NCBI GenBank assembly: GCA_030390025.1
Contig: CM059438.1
Location: forward strand, 63,118,001-63,182,000
Origin: Squalus acanthias
Lineage: Eukaryota
DNA length: 64,000 nt
Direction of reading: 5' to 3'
The translations under genes and the position numbers were made by a program. Of this stretch, positions 1-12,759 are shown one piece after another (the first letter of the stretch is position 1; the number at the start of each line of letters is the position of its first letter). Below the pieces are notes generated by a model. That model did no database searches. It worked only from the letters and a program-made list of their open reading frames with translations, and was not told the DNA's origin.

Positions 1-104
1 TGCCAAATAAGGTAAAAATATTAGGTTGTTTAAAATACAATGGGTCCATGATGGGAAAATTAGTTCACTAGAGGATGATCTTTGATGTGCAATACGGCCT
101 TTTT

Positions 105-540
105 ATACGAACATCCGAATTAGGAGCAGGAGTAGGTCCACTCGGCCCCTCGAGCCTGCTCCGCCATTCAATAAGATCATGGCTGATCTGATTACTCCAC
201 ATTCCCTCCTACCCCCAATAACCTTTCACCCCCTTGCTTATCAAGAATCTATCTACCTCTGCCTTAAAAATATTCAAAGACTCTGCTTCCACCGCCCTCT
301 GAGGAAGAGAGCTCCAAAGACTCACGACCCTCTGTGAGAAAAAATTTCTCCTCATCTCTGTCTTAAATGGGCGACCCCTTATTTTTAAACAGTGACCCCT
401 AGTTCTAGATTCTCCCACAAGAGGAAACATCCTCTCCACATCCACCCTGTCAAGTCCCCTCAGGATCTTATATGTTTCAATCAAGTCACCTCTTACTCTT
501 CTAAACTCCAGCGGATACAAACCTAGCCTGTCCAACCTTG
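105..540 (-). mobile_element. CR1 LINE 3' fragment
   Basis: ORF 209-535(-) RRVRGDLIETYKILRG...NFFSQRVVSLW is the CR1 ORF2 C-terminus, followed by a CR1-type 3' UTR. Confidence 0.9.
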
Positions 541-1010
541 ATTTTTCTTAGAAAACTTTTTATATTTGTTTACTTTTGAGTGGTAAATTATTTTGAATCT
601 CTGGGTCGCACATTAAACCCCAACTCAAGCAGCGGGCATGCAACCTGCTTCCAGGCCCCTACCAATGCCACTTGTAATCAACTGGTAAGTGTACAAGAAT
701 GGCCTGAGATGGACTCTCCCAGTCTTTTCTCCCCCAGCCCTGTGTTGAACTGCCTATCCTCGGCCCACTGCTCTGTGATTCCCCAGAAGATAGGATTGAT
801 CTTGTAGACCTTCACTTTCTCTCAGGATGGACCATTTGCAACTGTACTATTATCAGCCTATCCAAGAAGTTCACCCATTGAGGGCAGGTGAGATTTAGTA
901 CCCTTCTAGGCTGGGATTTAGTTTCAGCATCTGCTGGAGATTCTGGGAAACTTTGTCTGCACGCTGTTGCTATCATGGCGGTGATTTTGTTCGCTGTGTT
1001 GTTTCTACAG

Positions 1011-1107
1011 GTGAGTGTGGACATTTTTAAAGGCTTCCCCAATGAGGAGAGTATTGTGAACTACACCTTAAGCCAGGCATATCACGACAATGTCACAGTG
1101 TTTGCCA
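1011..1107 (+). CDS. ABCA2: ABCA2 exon w1 (ECD1): [32 protein letters not shown]
   Basis: Acceptor tttctacag, donor a|gtaagt; 97 nt, phase 0 to 1. Confidence 0.93.
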
Positions 1108-2099
1108 GTAAGTATTTTATATTTGCAGCTAACCTTTTGTAACAATGCAAGCGGTTTAAAAATGATTATAACAAGAAGCAAATATTCTTTTCCTCCCCCT
1201 CTTATTGGGATATTTACACTCCTATTAAGGCAATCCCCCTTTATTCCATGACCAGATCCATGCACATGTTACAGCTGAGAGGGGTGGGTGGCATGTCTAA
1301 GCTAACGGCCAAGAGGTGCAGGACAGCAATAAGTGGAGACTCGCCTTTTTAAAATTTTCTCTAGCCAGAGATCCAGCACTCAGCAAAGCCCAGGATCAAA
1401 CCTGTGTCCCCTTGTTTCATGGCACTATATGTTGATGCTCAGCCAAATTGCCTGGAGGCTAGTTGTTTTTTTCCCCCCCAGACAGTTTGGATGATTGTAC
1501 AAAATTACTGCACGCATTTTGGAAACATTATTTCTCAGTGAGTGAGATCGAATGTGATCTGCTGTTGGGTTCCTACCAGGGGCAATAATTGACTTCATTC
1601 CAATGCTATGAAATGAAGACTAACATGTTCGGATATGAATTGTTGCAATTGTTTCTCATGTATGTTAGCAGCAGGGTCGTTGTTGATGGTACTGATAAAG
1701 AACAGCAACATAGTAATCCAGGGCAGAGGCTGCAGTGATGCCTGTTTACAATCTCCTTTGGGGCTGATTTCAGTTGGTCGTGGATACTTGGGCCCTGAAC
1801 ATCCACGTGCTTCTCTTGGTCTTCCGCCGAAACTACGATGGGAAACCGGAAGAGCTCCTGCAGAATTTGAAGACCACAATCTCTTGATACAGCTTCAGCT
1901 CTAAATCTTTAGTACATTGTTGAGGCTCGTCAGTCGAAACAAGTAGTTTTTGGGACACGATTCAATGTATGTTGTCCTTCACAGGGATTACCTCTGGAAT
2001 TATATTCACAACAGAGGTAAACGGGCAAGATCACCTATCTATTGTGTGCGTGTATAAATATTAAAATTGGAACAGCAGATCTAGTTCCTGATACTTGCC

Positions 2100-2480
2100 A
2101 GTTGAAATGTCCAATATGAGGGTTTTGATCGGGTAAATAAGGAGAAACTGTTTCCACTGGCAGGAGGGTCGGTAACCAATCAGAGGACACAGAATTAAGG
2201 TAACTGGCAAAAGGACCAGAGGGGGGTGGGGGGGGGGATGAGGAGAAATTCTTTTACGCAGCGAGTGGTTATGATCTGGAATGCTGCCTGAAAGGGTGGT
2301 GGAAGCAGATTCAATAGTAACTTTCAAAAGGGAATTGGATAAATTCTTGAAGTGCAAAAAATTAGCAGGGCTATGGGGAAAGAGCAGGAGAGTGGGACTA
2401 ATTGGATAGTTCTTTCAAATAGCTGACACAGGCACGATGGGCTGCATGGCCACCTCCTGTGCTGTAAGATTCTGTGATGT
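2100..2480 (+). mobile_element. CR1 LINE 3' fragment, degraded
   Basis: GFDRVNKEKLFPL-like coding remnant and the 3' tail ggc...cctcctgtgctgtaagattctgtg shared with other copies. Confidence 0.8.
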
Positions 2481-2918
2481 GGAGGCACTTTTGTCTACCA
2501 CACGCTGCTCCATTTACATCTGACAACACCTATGTATGAATTGTACTTTTGAGAGTACTCAGCCCCAACATATCGTTCAGATTCTATACTTTCTTCATGC
2601 TTGACATTGCATCCAGTTTCAGGAGATTAATGTCAGTGCGCCTCTCTCTGCTTTTAATATCAGACTGAGAGCTGCTCATCCAGGTGGCACGTTTGCTAAG
2701 ACTATGGAGTGCAGTTAGTTGCACTGCTAAAGCAGAAAAGTGCTCGAACATTGTCTGCCATAAATAGGTGGAGGAGGAGGAGCAACAGTAGTTAGCTCAG
2801 GTTCTGTCAACTAGAGAAATACAGAACATACGTGTTAAGGGTTTGACCTGTGTGATCAGATGGGTTGGCTATCAAAACTTAAACATCTTACTTCCTCAGG
2901 ATGGAAAATAAACACCAA

Positions 2919-3572
2919 GGGGGAAAAATTGGGTCGCGCCCCCTTTGGGACGCTAACTTCGCAGCGCCCCGAAAAAGTTACCGCCCCCGCGCCGGAATTT
3001 GAATGGTAGCGCCCCAAGCAGGAGGCGGGGCGCCACTGGCAGCGCTCCCCCTCCCTCTTGGGGCGCTACCATTCAAATTCCGGCGCTACGTGCAACAGCG
3101 CCACACGCGTCAGCACGTAGCACCGTGGTACTGCAGGCCTCACTCCCCTGATTAAAGGGGAGGGGCCTTGCGCAGCGCGCACCGGGGCCCTGGAGTGCCG
3201 GGCTGACCGATAGCGACCGGCACCCCGCAGGAGGAGGCGAAAGGAGGCAGGTGCTGGCAGGAGGCCCAAAAAAAATGGCTGCCCGGCACCTGCCCTTTAA
3301 TTTGCGCCGCCCCGGCCGCAAACATGGCACCCTGACCCTGTCTGACATATCGTCCAGCCGCAGGTCAGGGGTTGTTAGTGAAGTTTGCAGCCGGGGCATG
3401 AGCGGGGCGCTGCGCATGGCGATGACATCCTCACCGGAGGTGCAGCGCCGCGGGGCGCTACTGGCTACCGCCGCTGATAACCACCTGCTGAATTTCGCGG
3501 GAGGAGTTAGCGGCGCCCCTAGGTGCTTTACGCCCATAACTGGAGGCGCAAAACAACCCAACTTTTTCCCCC
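2919..3572. mobile_element. Harbinger-like non-autonomous DNA element, family A copy 1
   Basis: TIR gggggaaaaattgggt / acccaactttttccccc; flanks caa/cag; GC-rich; reverse-complement homolog at 33213-33950. Confidence 0.75.
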
Positions 3573-4636
3573 CAGTTCTTTATCCAGCTGAGAGGGGGAG
3601 CTGGTTGGCTTGTAGACCGTGTCTATCTTGAGCTGCTTGGGCTACTCTTTGACCTGAGTCTTTGACCGGTTCTACCAGACCGAAATATTTCTTCTTTTAC
3701 ATTGCAGTCATTGTGTCTTTAACAGTGAAGCCATTCTTCTTCAGTCAGGAAGATAAGAAAGGGAACGCTACAGAGTTACTCAGTCAGCAATGTCACTTAG
3801 AGCTCTTCGAAGTGGAGGTGGAAATGAGTGAGCAAGCAGAGCAGATAATTAATGGTCATGTGTTTCCTTCATCTGAATCAGGATGTGTATCTTTTGCCAG
3901 GAAGCTATTCTCAAGTTAAAATTTGGAATGCTCGTTATACACTTGCCCACTTGACTGAAGCCAGGACTGTTCTTGATGGATTGGAAATCTCGATTTCCAT
4001 TTGTCCTGAGCTGAAAATAGATGAGAATCTTCACGTATAGATGGCCAGCTGGAATATCGCTCATTGATCAGAATAATAGAGGCTCACTATCTTAATCATT
4101 GCAAGCTAATTTACATAACATCTTTACGCTAATGTATGAGCAGTTTTCTTGTTTTCAGGTAACACAGCATCTTAATGTGAAGACATCACCAAAGGTTGTC
4201 ACAAGGGGCCTTGTGTGTTCAGAGTACTGTTTATCATGTCACTTTTTTAGAACTGTCCAAATGGGCTTGTAGTTCGACATGGGCTCTTTGGCGCAGAGCT
4301 GAGGATTATTAATTTTCCCTTTCTGAGTTAATGCTTCCTTAAGGTGTTTGCTTCCTTTTCCTGTTGTGTCACAGCTTCTGGTCGTAGGTCTCCCCTAATT
4401 CTGCTCCAATTGCAGCTGCTAGGAGCTGTGTGAGAGCAGTTTGGGGCCTAGCTTCTGTCTGATGTTTCTTCCTTCCCTCCATGTGGGGTAGCCCCAGCCT
4501 TAGGCTCAGCACTTGCCAGTAGTGATACAGCCATGAATGGAGGTTCGACGTGGGGACATTACATGAGACACAAAGAAGGCAGAAGCTGAATGAACTGACA
4601 ATTAATTTAATGTAACCGCGCAAGACTTCGGCCTGC

Positions 4637-4870
4637 AGGGGGTGGGATCTATTCGGGGGGGGGGGGGGGGGGAATCTATTCGGAGGGAGGGGATCTATTC
4701 GGGGGGGGGGCGATCTATTCGGGGGGGAGGGGGGGGTCTATTCGGGGGGGATCTATTCGGGGGGAGGGGAGATCTATTCGGGGGAGGGGGGCATCTATTC
4801 GGGGGGGGATCTATTCGTGGGGGGAGGGGGGATCTATTCGGGGGGGGGAGGGGGTCTATTCGGGGAGGGG
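4637..4870 (+). repeat. G-rich tandem repeat, about 11 units of (G)n-ATCTATTC
   Basis: Read directly; it explains the Gly-rich and Pro-rich ORFs 4642-4896 and 4695-4883. Confidence 0.9.
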
Positions 4871-5579
4871 AAAGAAATTCCATTGACCCTTTTTAAATAA
4901 TTTATACCTGCTCTTCAAAGTAAACTCAGGATGGAGGACGGCATTTAGCTAGACGATCGCCATCCACGGGGTATAAATGTAAAGGAATTGTCAAATGGCC
5001 TGGAACAAACTGCCTCCTGAATAACGATCCTTTATATTTATATTTGCTCTTTGTTCTCCTGATTTTAATGAAGCTCCTAACGTTTCCAACTCCAAAGAAT
5101 CATTGGATTAAATGGTGGAGAAATTGGTGCCAAATAATATCATTACTAAACAATTGCACACATGAATACCAGTTAACATTTCAGAACAATTAAAATGAGA
5201 GCCGAGGTCTCTTTCTCATCAGCCTTGGGTTGTTAAATCGCTTTTCATAAGCGCAATGGGACGCAGCATCTTCAGGCAGCTGAGCACCGATTAGAATCAG
5301 GACCTAAATTTTATAATCACAGCCGCGGCTAAAATCATTAAATAGACCATCCAGAAAATTGTACATGGTTTCACTGAAATCACTTTTTAACATATATATT
5401 TTTCTACATAGATGTATGATGATGTGATCCAGGTATTTCAATTGCATCTTAGTGACGGGCACAAAGACTCGTGGGCTGCGATCCACTGCCGTTTTCATTC
5501 AGCGAAAGCTTTGTTTCAATTTTGAAACACGAATATTTGACATTTTTTCTGAGCAGATTTCTTTCTTTCATTCCCCAAG

Positions 5580-5753
5580 GTGTGATATTTCAGACGAAGG
5601 AGGATGGCACACTGCCCCCTCATGTCATGCTGAAGATCCGCCAAAACTCCAGCTTTACTGAGAAGACCAATGAAATCCGCAGGGCCTACTGGAGACCAGG
5701 GCCCAACACTGGCGGGAGATTCTATTTCCTGTATGGATTCGTCTGGATACAAG
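5580..5753 (+). CDS. ABCA2: ABCA2 exon w2: (S)[57 protein letters not shown]
   Basis: Acceptor ttccccaag, donor g|gtgggt; 174 nt, phase 1 to 1. Confidence 0.95.
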
Positions 5754-6226
5754 GTGGGTCCATAGAGACACTGGCGTGGCTCTTAATCAACTGTCGACTA
5801 CTCAATTTCTAATGGCTTTCCTTCCAATTTCTCTTTCATCTGTCTGTGTTTCAGTCTGACCGCACCTCGGCCCTCTTCAATCTGTACAGCTGCCACTGGT
5901 TAATGGATGCATTGTTGTGGGAGCATGATTTCAAGCATCAGTGATTCAAAATGTTGTGAGAGCGTGATTTGTCCAACAAATGGGGGAACGCAGACAGGCT
6001 ATGTGGGGGACAGAATGGAAGTGTTTCCCAGTTACGCAGCCACCCAATCACACACATGTTTGTGGTTTTGATTTTTTCAGCCTAGAATTCATGGTGTGGT
6101 CACTGATGTAAAATCCAAGACTGCACACAGTGTATGTTAAGGATTCCTGCCGATCTAGAATCCTCGATTGTGTTACGTAGATAATGCGTGTTGGGGGCCA
6201 GTGCTGTACAAAGAATAAAGCACTAA

Positions 6227-6459
6227 GGGGGGAATTTTCCGGGGGGTCAGTGGCGGGTCGGGTGGGAAAGTGGTTTTTTTTTTGGACAGCGGGTCATACC
6301 CGCTTCCTTCAGTTGGACTGGGAAACGCGCTGGGCAGGGCTTAACAAGCCCAATCAGGGGAAATTCATTCTACAGAGGGGGCTGGAGCCAGCAGCGGGGT
6401 TGGGACCCGCCACCGACTTCGCCCACCACGGACCCGCCGAGGTAGGGAAAATCGTGGCC
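6227..6459. mobile_element. Short MITE-like element with TAA TSD (Harbinger/Tourist-like)
   Basis: taa|ggggggaattttcc...ggaaaatcgtggcc|taa; imperfect TIR; a related end ggccacgatttt occurs at 9049. Confidence 0.5.
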
Positions 6460-6470
6460 TAAGTGCCACT

Positions 6471-6699
6471 TGACATGAATCTTGTCATTCATGTGGAAAT
6501 GACTTATGAAATAATACTGGGCGGCCTGCTGGTGGCGCTGTCCAGGGAGAGTATAAATACTCGGGCATGGACCCAGCTTGCTCAGGACATTCTTTAACAG
6601 GAACTAGTGAAGGACACAACTAGATCTCCATGTTGAAAAACAGTTGATTAAAGCTTTGTTTAACGCTTGGACCAAGTGCCAAGTAGTTTTCTTACGTCA
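6471..6699 (+). mobile_element. Solo LTR, copy 1 (229 bp)
   Basis: TGAC...GTCA termini, TSD ccact/ccact, internal TATAAATA and ATTAAA; near-identical copies at 20740 and 43524. Confidence 0.88.
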
Positions 6700-6799
6700 C
6701 CACTGACTACACAATTCGAGGTTTATTGATGGAATTTTTTTTGCCATATCCACTGTTGGTGTGGAGTGATACATTTGGTGAAATTGCTGAACCGGTCCG

Positions 6800-7210
6800 G
6801 TGTTTGAGATGCGAACATCAATTGCCTGTTTTTCCTCCTTCCATTTCTACCTGCCTTTTCTTCCCGCCACCCATCACCTCATCTATTCTCATGTTCTCCG
6901 TGTCTGCGTCTTGCATTTCTTCAATTTCTCTCATTATGCCTCCTATTGTCTCATGTCAATAGCAATTCGGCCCTTTAGCCCGCTCCTGTTTTCCATTTTA
7001 ACACCTCACAGGTCATTCTGTTTCTTCTCTTATGGGTGCTTTTCCACTTCGGTTTGTTCTTTTTCATTTTTAAGTCCTGTTCCTGTGTAATTTCTTCCAG
7101 TTCTGGCGAAGTGTCTACAACTGAAACATGAACTAGTCTGTTTCTCTCTCTCTCCACTGATGCTGCCTGACCTGCTGAGTGTTTCCACCATTTTCTGTTT
7201 GTTGTTGTTC
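6800..7210 (+). mobile_element. Penelope-like pseudo-LTR remnant with decayed hammerhead motif
   Basis: Pyrimidine-rich stretch followed by agtt-ctggcga...gaaacatg-aact and the tail ctgcctgacctgctgagtgtttcc shared with the 15804 copy. Confidence 0.6.
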
Positions 7211-7557
7211 TTCCCCGAAGGTGCTGACCTCTTGTAGGCTATAGCACTGCACGCACCAGTTGGCCTCCGATACCTCAAGTAGACATTCTTCATGAGCATT
7301 CACAACCTGAGCATTGGACATCAGCAAGCTGTTTGACCTTGAGGACCCAATCCTGTCCTTGCACAATGTCCACATAATTACACTTTCCAGCAGGAGTTGG
7401 AATCCGGGCTGATTTTGCCTCATCCCCATGCCAGAGGCACTGACTCCTTTCCCAGCACCCTGTCTGACTACCTGACACCCTGACTAACTAAGACTCATAA
7501 GTTGTACCTGGAACCTTTCTTGTTTGCACAGCTCAAAATCACAGCAAATGGTATCTT

Positions 7558-8512
7558 AGAATCATAGAAAGTTACAGCACGGAAGGAGGCCATTTCGGCC
7601 CATCGTGTCCGCGCCGGCCAACAAAGAGCTATCCAGCCTAATCCCACTTCCCGGCTCTTGGTCCGTAGCCCTGCAGGTTAGAGCATCCCAAGTGCCCATC
7701 CAAGTACTTTTTAAATGTGGTTCGAGTTCCTGCCTCTACCATCATTTCAGGCAGTGAGTTCAGGACCCCCACAACCCTCTGGGTGAAGAAATTTACCCTC
7801 ACATCCCCTCTAAACCTTCCCCCAATTACTTTAAATCTGTGCCCCCTGGTTTTTGACCCCTCTGCTAAGGGAAATAGGTCCTTTCTATCCACTTTATCTA
7901 TGCCCCTCATAATTTTATACACCTCAATAAGGTCTCCCCTCAGCCTCCTCTGTTCCAAGGAAAACAGACCCAGCCTATCCAGTTTTTCCTCATAGCTAAA
8001 ATTCTCTACTCCCGGCAACATCCTTGTAAATCTCCTCTGTACCCTCTCTAGTGCAATCACATCTTTCCTGTAATGTGGTGACCAGAACTGCACGCAGTAC
8101 TCTAGCTGAGGCCTAACTAGTGTTTTATACAGTTGAAGCATAACCCCCCCCTGCTCTTGTATTCTATGCCACGGCTAATAAAGGCAAGCATTCCGTATGC
8201 CTTCTTAACCACCTTATCTACTTGGCCTGCTACCTTCAGGGATCTGTGGACATGCACTCCAAGGTCCCTTTGTTCCTCTACACTACTCAGTGTCCTACCA
8301 TTTAATGTGTATTCCCTTTCCTTGTTAGCCCTCCCCAAATGCATTACCTCACACTTCTCCGGATTGAATTCCATTTGCCACTGTTCTGCCCACCTGACCA
8401 ATTTAGTGATATCTTCCTGCAGTCTACAGCTTCCTTCTTCAGTATCAACCACACAGCCGATTTTAATATCATCTGCAAACTTCTTAATCATACCCCCTAT
8501 ATTCAAGTACAA
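7558..8512 (-). mobile_element. CR1 LINE, 5'-truncated (RT C-terminal part)
   Basis: ORFs 8117-8533 (KFADD) and 7638-8141, separated by one frameshift; close relative of the copy at 44915-46160. Confidence 0.93.
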
Positions 8513-8873
8513 GATCTTTACCCATTGAGACATTTTAACGTATCTGAGGAACAGTACATAGCCGCTTGATCCTGGTGCATCATTAAAAACGGCACTGTTT
8601 AAATATAAACCAATTGTTTTGTATCAACACCAAATGTATAAAGAAGGGATCATCTGCATCTTCAGCTTAAAATGCTAATTTAGTTGGAAATTCAGTTCAG
8701 TTCCCTTTGCCGTCACTGGAAGATTCTTTTCACAGAAAAGGTGTTTATTCCAGTGGAGCATTCAGCCACTTCGATGTATACTTTGCCCTTTATGCAGGTG
8801 GCAGCTAACACTCAGTGATGTGATTTGGGATCTTTCTTCAGATTTAATGTACTGTCTGTCTCTTCCTCTGTAG

Positions 8874-8976
8874 ATATGATGGAACGGGCCATTATCAACA
8901 CATTTGTGGGTCATGATGTGGTGGAGCCTGGAAACTATGTCCAGATGTTTCCCTACCCATGCTACACCAGGGACGA
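8874..8976 (+). CDS. ABCA2: ABCA2 exon w3: (D)[33 protein letters not shown]
   Basis: Acceptor cctctgtag, donor ga|gtgagt; 103 nt, phase 1 to 2; missed by the ORF track. Confidence 0.95.
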
Positions 8977-10829
8977 GTGAGTATTGGTCCATTCATGGCA
9001 GTACGGAAGAAGGGGGAGTAACATGAAATAAACTGACTTGGACTGTTAGGCCACGATTTTATCGGCACTGAGAGGGCGGGTATGGAGCGGGTCAAAGGTT
9101 AAAATCGTCTTGATTGACGGCAGGGTCCGATCCCGCCTCCAAACAATTTTCCCAAGTGTCGGGTCCCCGATTTGCGCATGGACCCGACACCTAGCGGTGG
9201 GAAGAGGATTAAAGCCACTTACCTGCTTGTTAACAGGTAGTTGAGAGTAGTTAACAGGCTATTTTTTAAAATTTTGCCGCTTCTGCCTCGGGCTTTCCCG
9301 ACGTCCGGACACCACGCCAGGTAAGTGTGGCGTGTTGTGAGTCTGCTGTAATTGCGTTGATGACAGCTGCAGAAGTGGTGTGAAGGATCCAATGGTGCAC
9401 TGGTGAGTCTCAGGTAAGAAAATGTTGGGAAAATAATTTTTAATGCATTTACACATTTATTTAGGTAACAAGTTTTGAAAACGATGTCTAGTGCCACCTC
9501 ATTGGGAGAACCTCTCTCACCAGTGACAGATCGCTTCTGTCACCTAACCTGCAGCTGCCATCTGTTCCAGCCTATGGAGAGAGTCACTGGAGAGTCTGGG
9601 TGCAAGAGCTCACCTTTGTACAGTGATTGTCAGTGTTTGCAGCACCTCAATACTGTCAAACACTGAGAAATGAGCAGTCAAAGAAAAATTGTGCATGGTC
9701 CCTTTTAAGAAAACCGGCAAAGAAAATTAAAATTTTAAAAGCCACTAGAAACAATTTATTACCTGCAGGAATGAGACTTCGCAGTTTCAATTGTTCCCTT
9801 TCTGGGCCTCCAAGATTGAGTGGCATGCCAGGACCATAAATCACCTCCTTACGCTGTGAAATAGCAGCCCTAACTTTCTGCGGCGAGTTTAATTTGTAGT
9901 TACAGCGCAAATGCAGCAAATTCTTGACACTCCTGGGGAGGTTGACGATTAGATCCCGTTTTTGCAAGGCTAATGCGGGAGTTGTGCGAATTGTCCACCA
10001 ATTTGAGGTGATTTGCAACTTATGGCATATCTCCTCCTCCTCCTCGCCACAAATTGCTGTTTTTTTTTATACGCACTAATAACACAGCGCCGTGAACGCG
10101 CCATTATTTTCCCAGCAAATTCTGGGCCATTGTGCTGGTTTCTCAAGTCCAATTTCTGATTCTGGGACTCTGAAAGATACAGGCACGTTGGCTGAAAGGT
10201 AACGCCATGTGCTTACCATGGGTTGAATTGTCTGTGAGCTGAATTGTTTAATGTCACAGGCTACTATGTAGGTAGCGTAATAAATGACATCTGGTGTAAC
10301 AGTTGCTTTTGGAGAGTCCTGAGGCTCACTAAAGGAGTTGGTTCTTTGACCTTTCCAAAGGTGTGATATGGCCCTGATGGGAACATTGGAGGGAGGCATT
10401 CTTTCTGCTCACTGCCAGCTAGTTTTGTGCTCCTGATGTATGAATACCTTCCCCCGCCATTAGAGAAGATGTGACGACCAGAATCAAACTTGTGAACCGT
10501 GTACATTTTAAACTGTTGTAGAAACCGGCCAACAATACAATCCAGATAGTCCGCACAGCACTGTGGGACCCTGAGGAATGATTTGAGAACCATTGCTTGA
10601 AGCGGTATCAACATGCAATGAATGCAATTGCTTTTCATAACTACAGCTCTGTCTTCATTCAGACAAGAGAACAGGACAGCCTTGCCTGTGCCCTTCCCCA
10701 GTGATCACCTAATCTAAAAATACAGCATTGTCACAGTGTGCAATGTGGTGTAAGACAAAAGGGCTTGGATGTAAGAGTGATGATTTAAGAGACTCATTGC
10801 AAGTTGATACCGCTTCAAGAAATAGGGCT

Positions 10830-11560
10830 GCATATAGTGACACCACAAGTCCCGGTCAGAATCGAGATGACTGGGTAATACCCCCATCAATCACGTCTGG
10901 AGACCGCACTGTTGCAACTAACTGGGATTGATTTTACGCACATGATTTGCATTGTGTAACTACCCTCCACTCACTGCATTTTGCTGGAGAAATAATCCTG
11001 TTGTACTCAGGAGGCTGTGTTTGCTGTAGTTTGGTCATGAGTTTAGAGACTCAACAACAACAACTTGTATTTATATAGCGCCTTTAACGTAGTAAAATGT
11101 CCCAAGGCGCTTCACAGGAGTATTATAAGACAAAAAATTTGACATCGAGCCAGATAAGGAGAAATGAGGGCAGATGACCAAAAACTTGGTCAAAGAGGTA
11201 GGTTTAAAGGAGCGTCTTAAAGGAGGAGAGAGAGGCGGAGAGGTTTAGGGAGGGAATTCCAGACCTTAGGGCCTAGGCAACAGAGGACACGGCCACCAAT
11301 GGTTGGGGGATTATAATCAAGGATGCTCAAGAGGGCAGAATTAGAGGAGCGCGGATATCTCGGGGGTGGGGGGGTTATGGGGCTGGAGGAGATTACAGAG
11401 ATAGGGAGGGATTTGAAAACAAGGATGAGAATTTTGAAATTGAGGTGTTGCACTGCTGTAGTTCATGAATAAGTAGACTCTGCTTGCTGTAGTTCGTGAA
11501 TAAGTAGACTCTGCTTGCTGTAGTTCATGAATAAGTAGACTCTGCTTGCTGTAGTTCATG
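10830..11560. repeat. Unclassified dispersed repeat (second copy at about 42160-42420), split by an L2 fragment and ending in a 31-bp tandem array (11455-11560)
   Basis: tagtgacaccac...ctccactcactgcattttgctggagaaataa is present at both loci; unit tgctgtagttcatgaataagtagactctgct about 3.5 times. Confidence 0.7.
11053..11450 (-). mobile_element. L2-clade LINE 3' fragment
   Basis: FKILILVFKSL...LGPKVWNSLP remnant; (TTG)n tail after aggcgctatataaatacaag on the minus strand. Confidence 0.85.
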
Positions 11561-11852
11561 AGTAAATGTAAACCACAAGTCTCGCACCGCCTCCAGCTCT
11601 TTGGTTGACACAGCGGTGTCAATGTTCACTTTGTTTAGATTAACATAGCCAGTTACAGAAGGCTGATGGTGGTGAGAAGCATTTATATATTTAATATGAT
11701 ATTAGGGTACTTCTCATTGCTTCTACATGTTGGTAGGTACAATGGGACAGATGTTAGTTGAAGATTGAGCTATACTGTACTCGTTATTGGAAAGTAATCA
11801 CTATAAAAAATGATTGTTTAAACAAAAATATTTTCCTGCCTTTTTTGTCCAG

Positions 11853-11967
11853 CTTCCTGTTTGTGATTGAGCACATGATGCCTCTCTGCATGATGATATC
11901 GTGGGTGTATTCAGTGGCCATGATGATTCAGCACATCGTCGCAGAGAAGGAACACAGGCTCAAAGAG
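11853..11967 (+). CDS. ABCA2: ABCA2 exon w4 (TMD1): [38 protein letters not shown]
   Basis: Acceptor ttttgtccag, donor gag|gtgagg; 115 nt, phase 2 to 0. Confidence 0.95.
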
Positions 11968-12759
11968 GTGAGGTTTGATGGGAGTTGGGGAAGATCATTT
12001 CTGGTGTATCTCACTGGGGCCATAATCCCTGTTTTTTTTGGTGCTAGCCATCCCATACCCCAGACTTTGTTGCTCCCAGTTTTCTCCTGAATTCACCAGT
12101 TCTGAATCCAGCCAGCCCCCGTCTTTGGTGCCCCGGTTGTCAGAAGGCAAGAAACTGACTCTGCTGCAATTTGCACCTCACCCAACTGCTCCGCTGTCCA
12201 GCCTCGTTCTCCACTCTCCATTCCATGCTGCACTTGCTGATTCTCTGCCTCCCTCCCCAACCCTGACTCCCTCAAGCCAGCCCACAGTGTAGACACCTCT
12301 GTTTGCTTCTGCTGAACCCTTGACGCCTCCTCGCTGAGACATCAGTACATCACCACTCGGGCCTGGTGCTAATATACCCACTCTTTCTGACCTAGGTGCT
12401 GCCTTGTCAGTCAACCTTGCTCATTCTCAGATCCAGCCTAATTCCAGCTGTAAACCATCTCAGTCCCTCTCAGCCACGGGGTCTGACCCAGGCCCTCCTC
12501 ACCCTTCTAGCAGCAGCCTCAGTATTCATGATCCGCCTGATCCATCAACTCTTTCTATTGTCACAGCAAAAAGGATGATCATGCAGTCCACAGTAGATGT
12601 GTATCCCGGACCAAGCTTTGGTCCTCTAATCCTTCCGACCTTGGGGTTCCATCTCGTTCCTGCTCCCTTCCAGATCCTATTCTGTTCCAACCTGACCTCC
12701 CTCATCCCTGCTCTCTCCCAGCCGAAGTTTCTCTCTCTCTCCAATATATGTTTCAGCAA

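Noticed and set aside
3066..3631. GC-rich ORFs and a CpG-island-like segment suggesting a nested gene or promoter (also 33384-34175 and 58892-59089)
   Set aside because: They lie within TIR-bounded dispersed elements, have no recognisable protein domain, and the frames are only partly preserved between copies.
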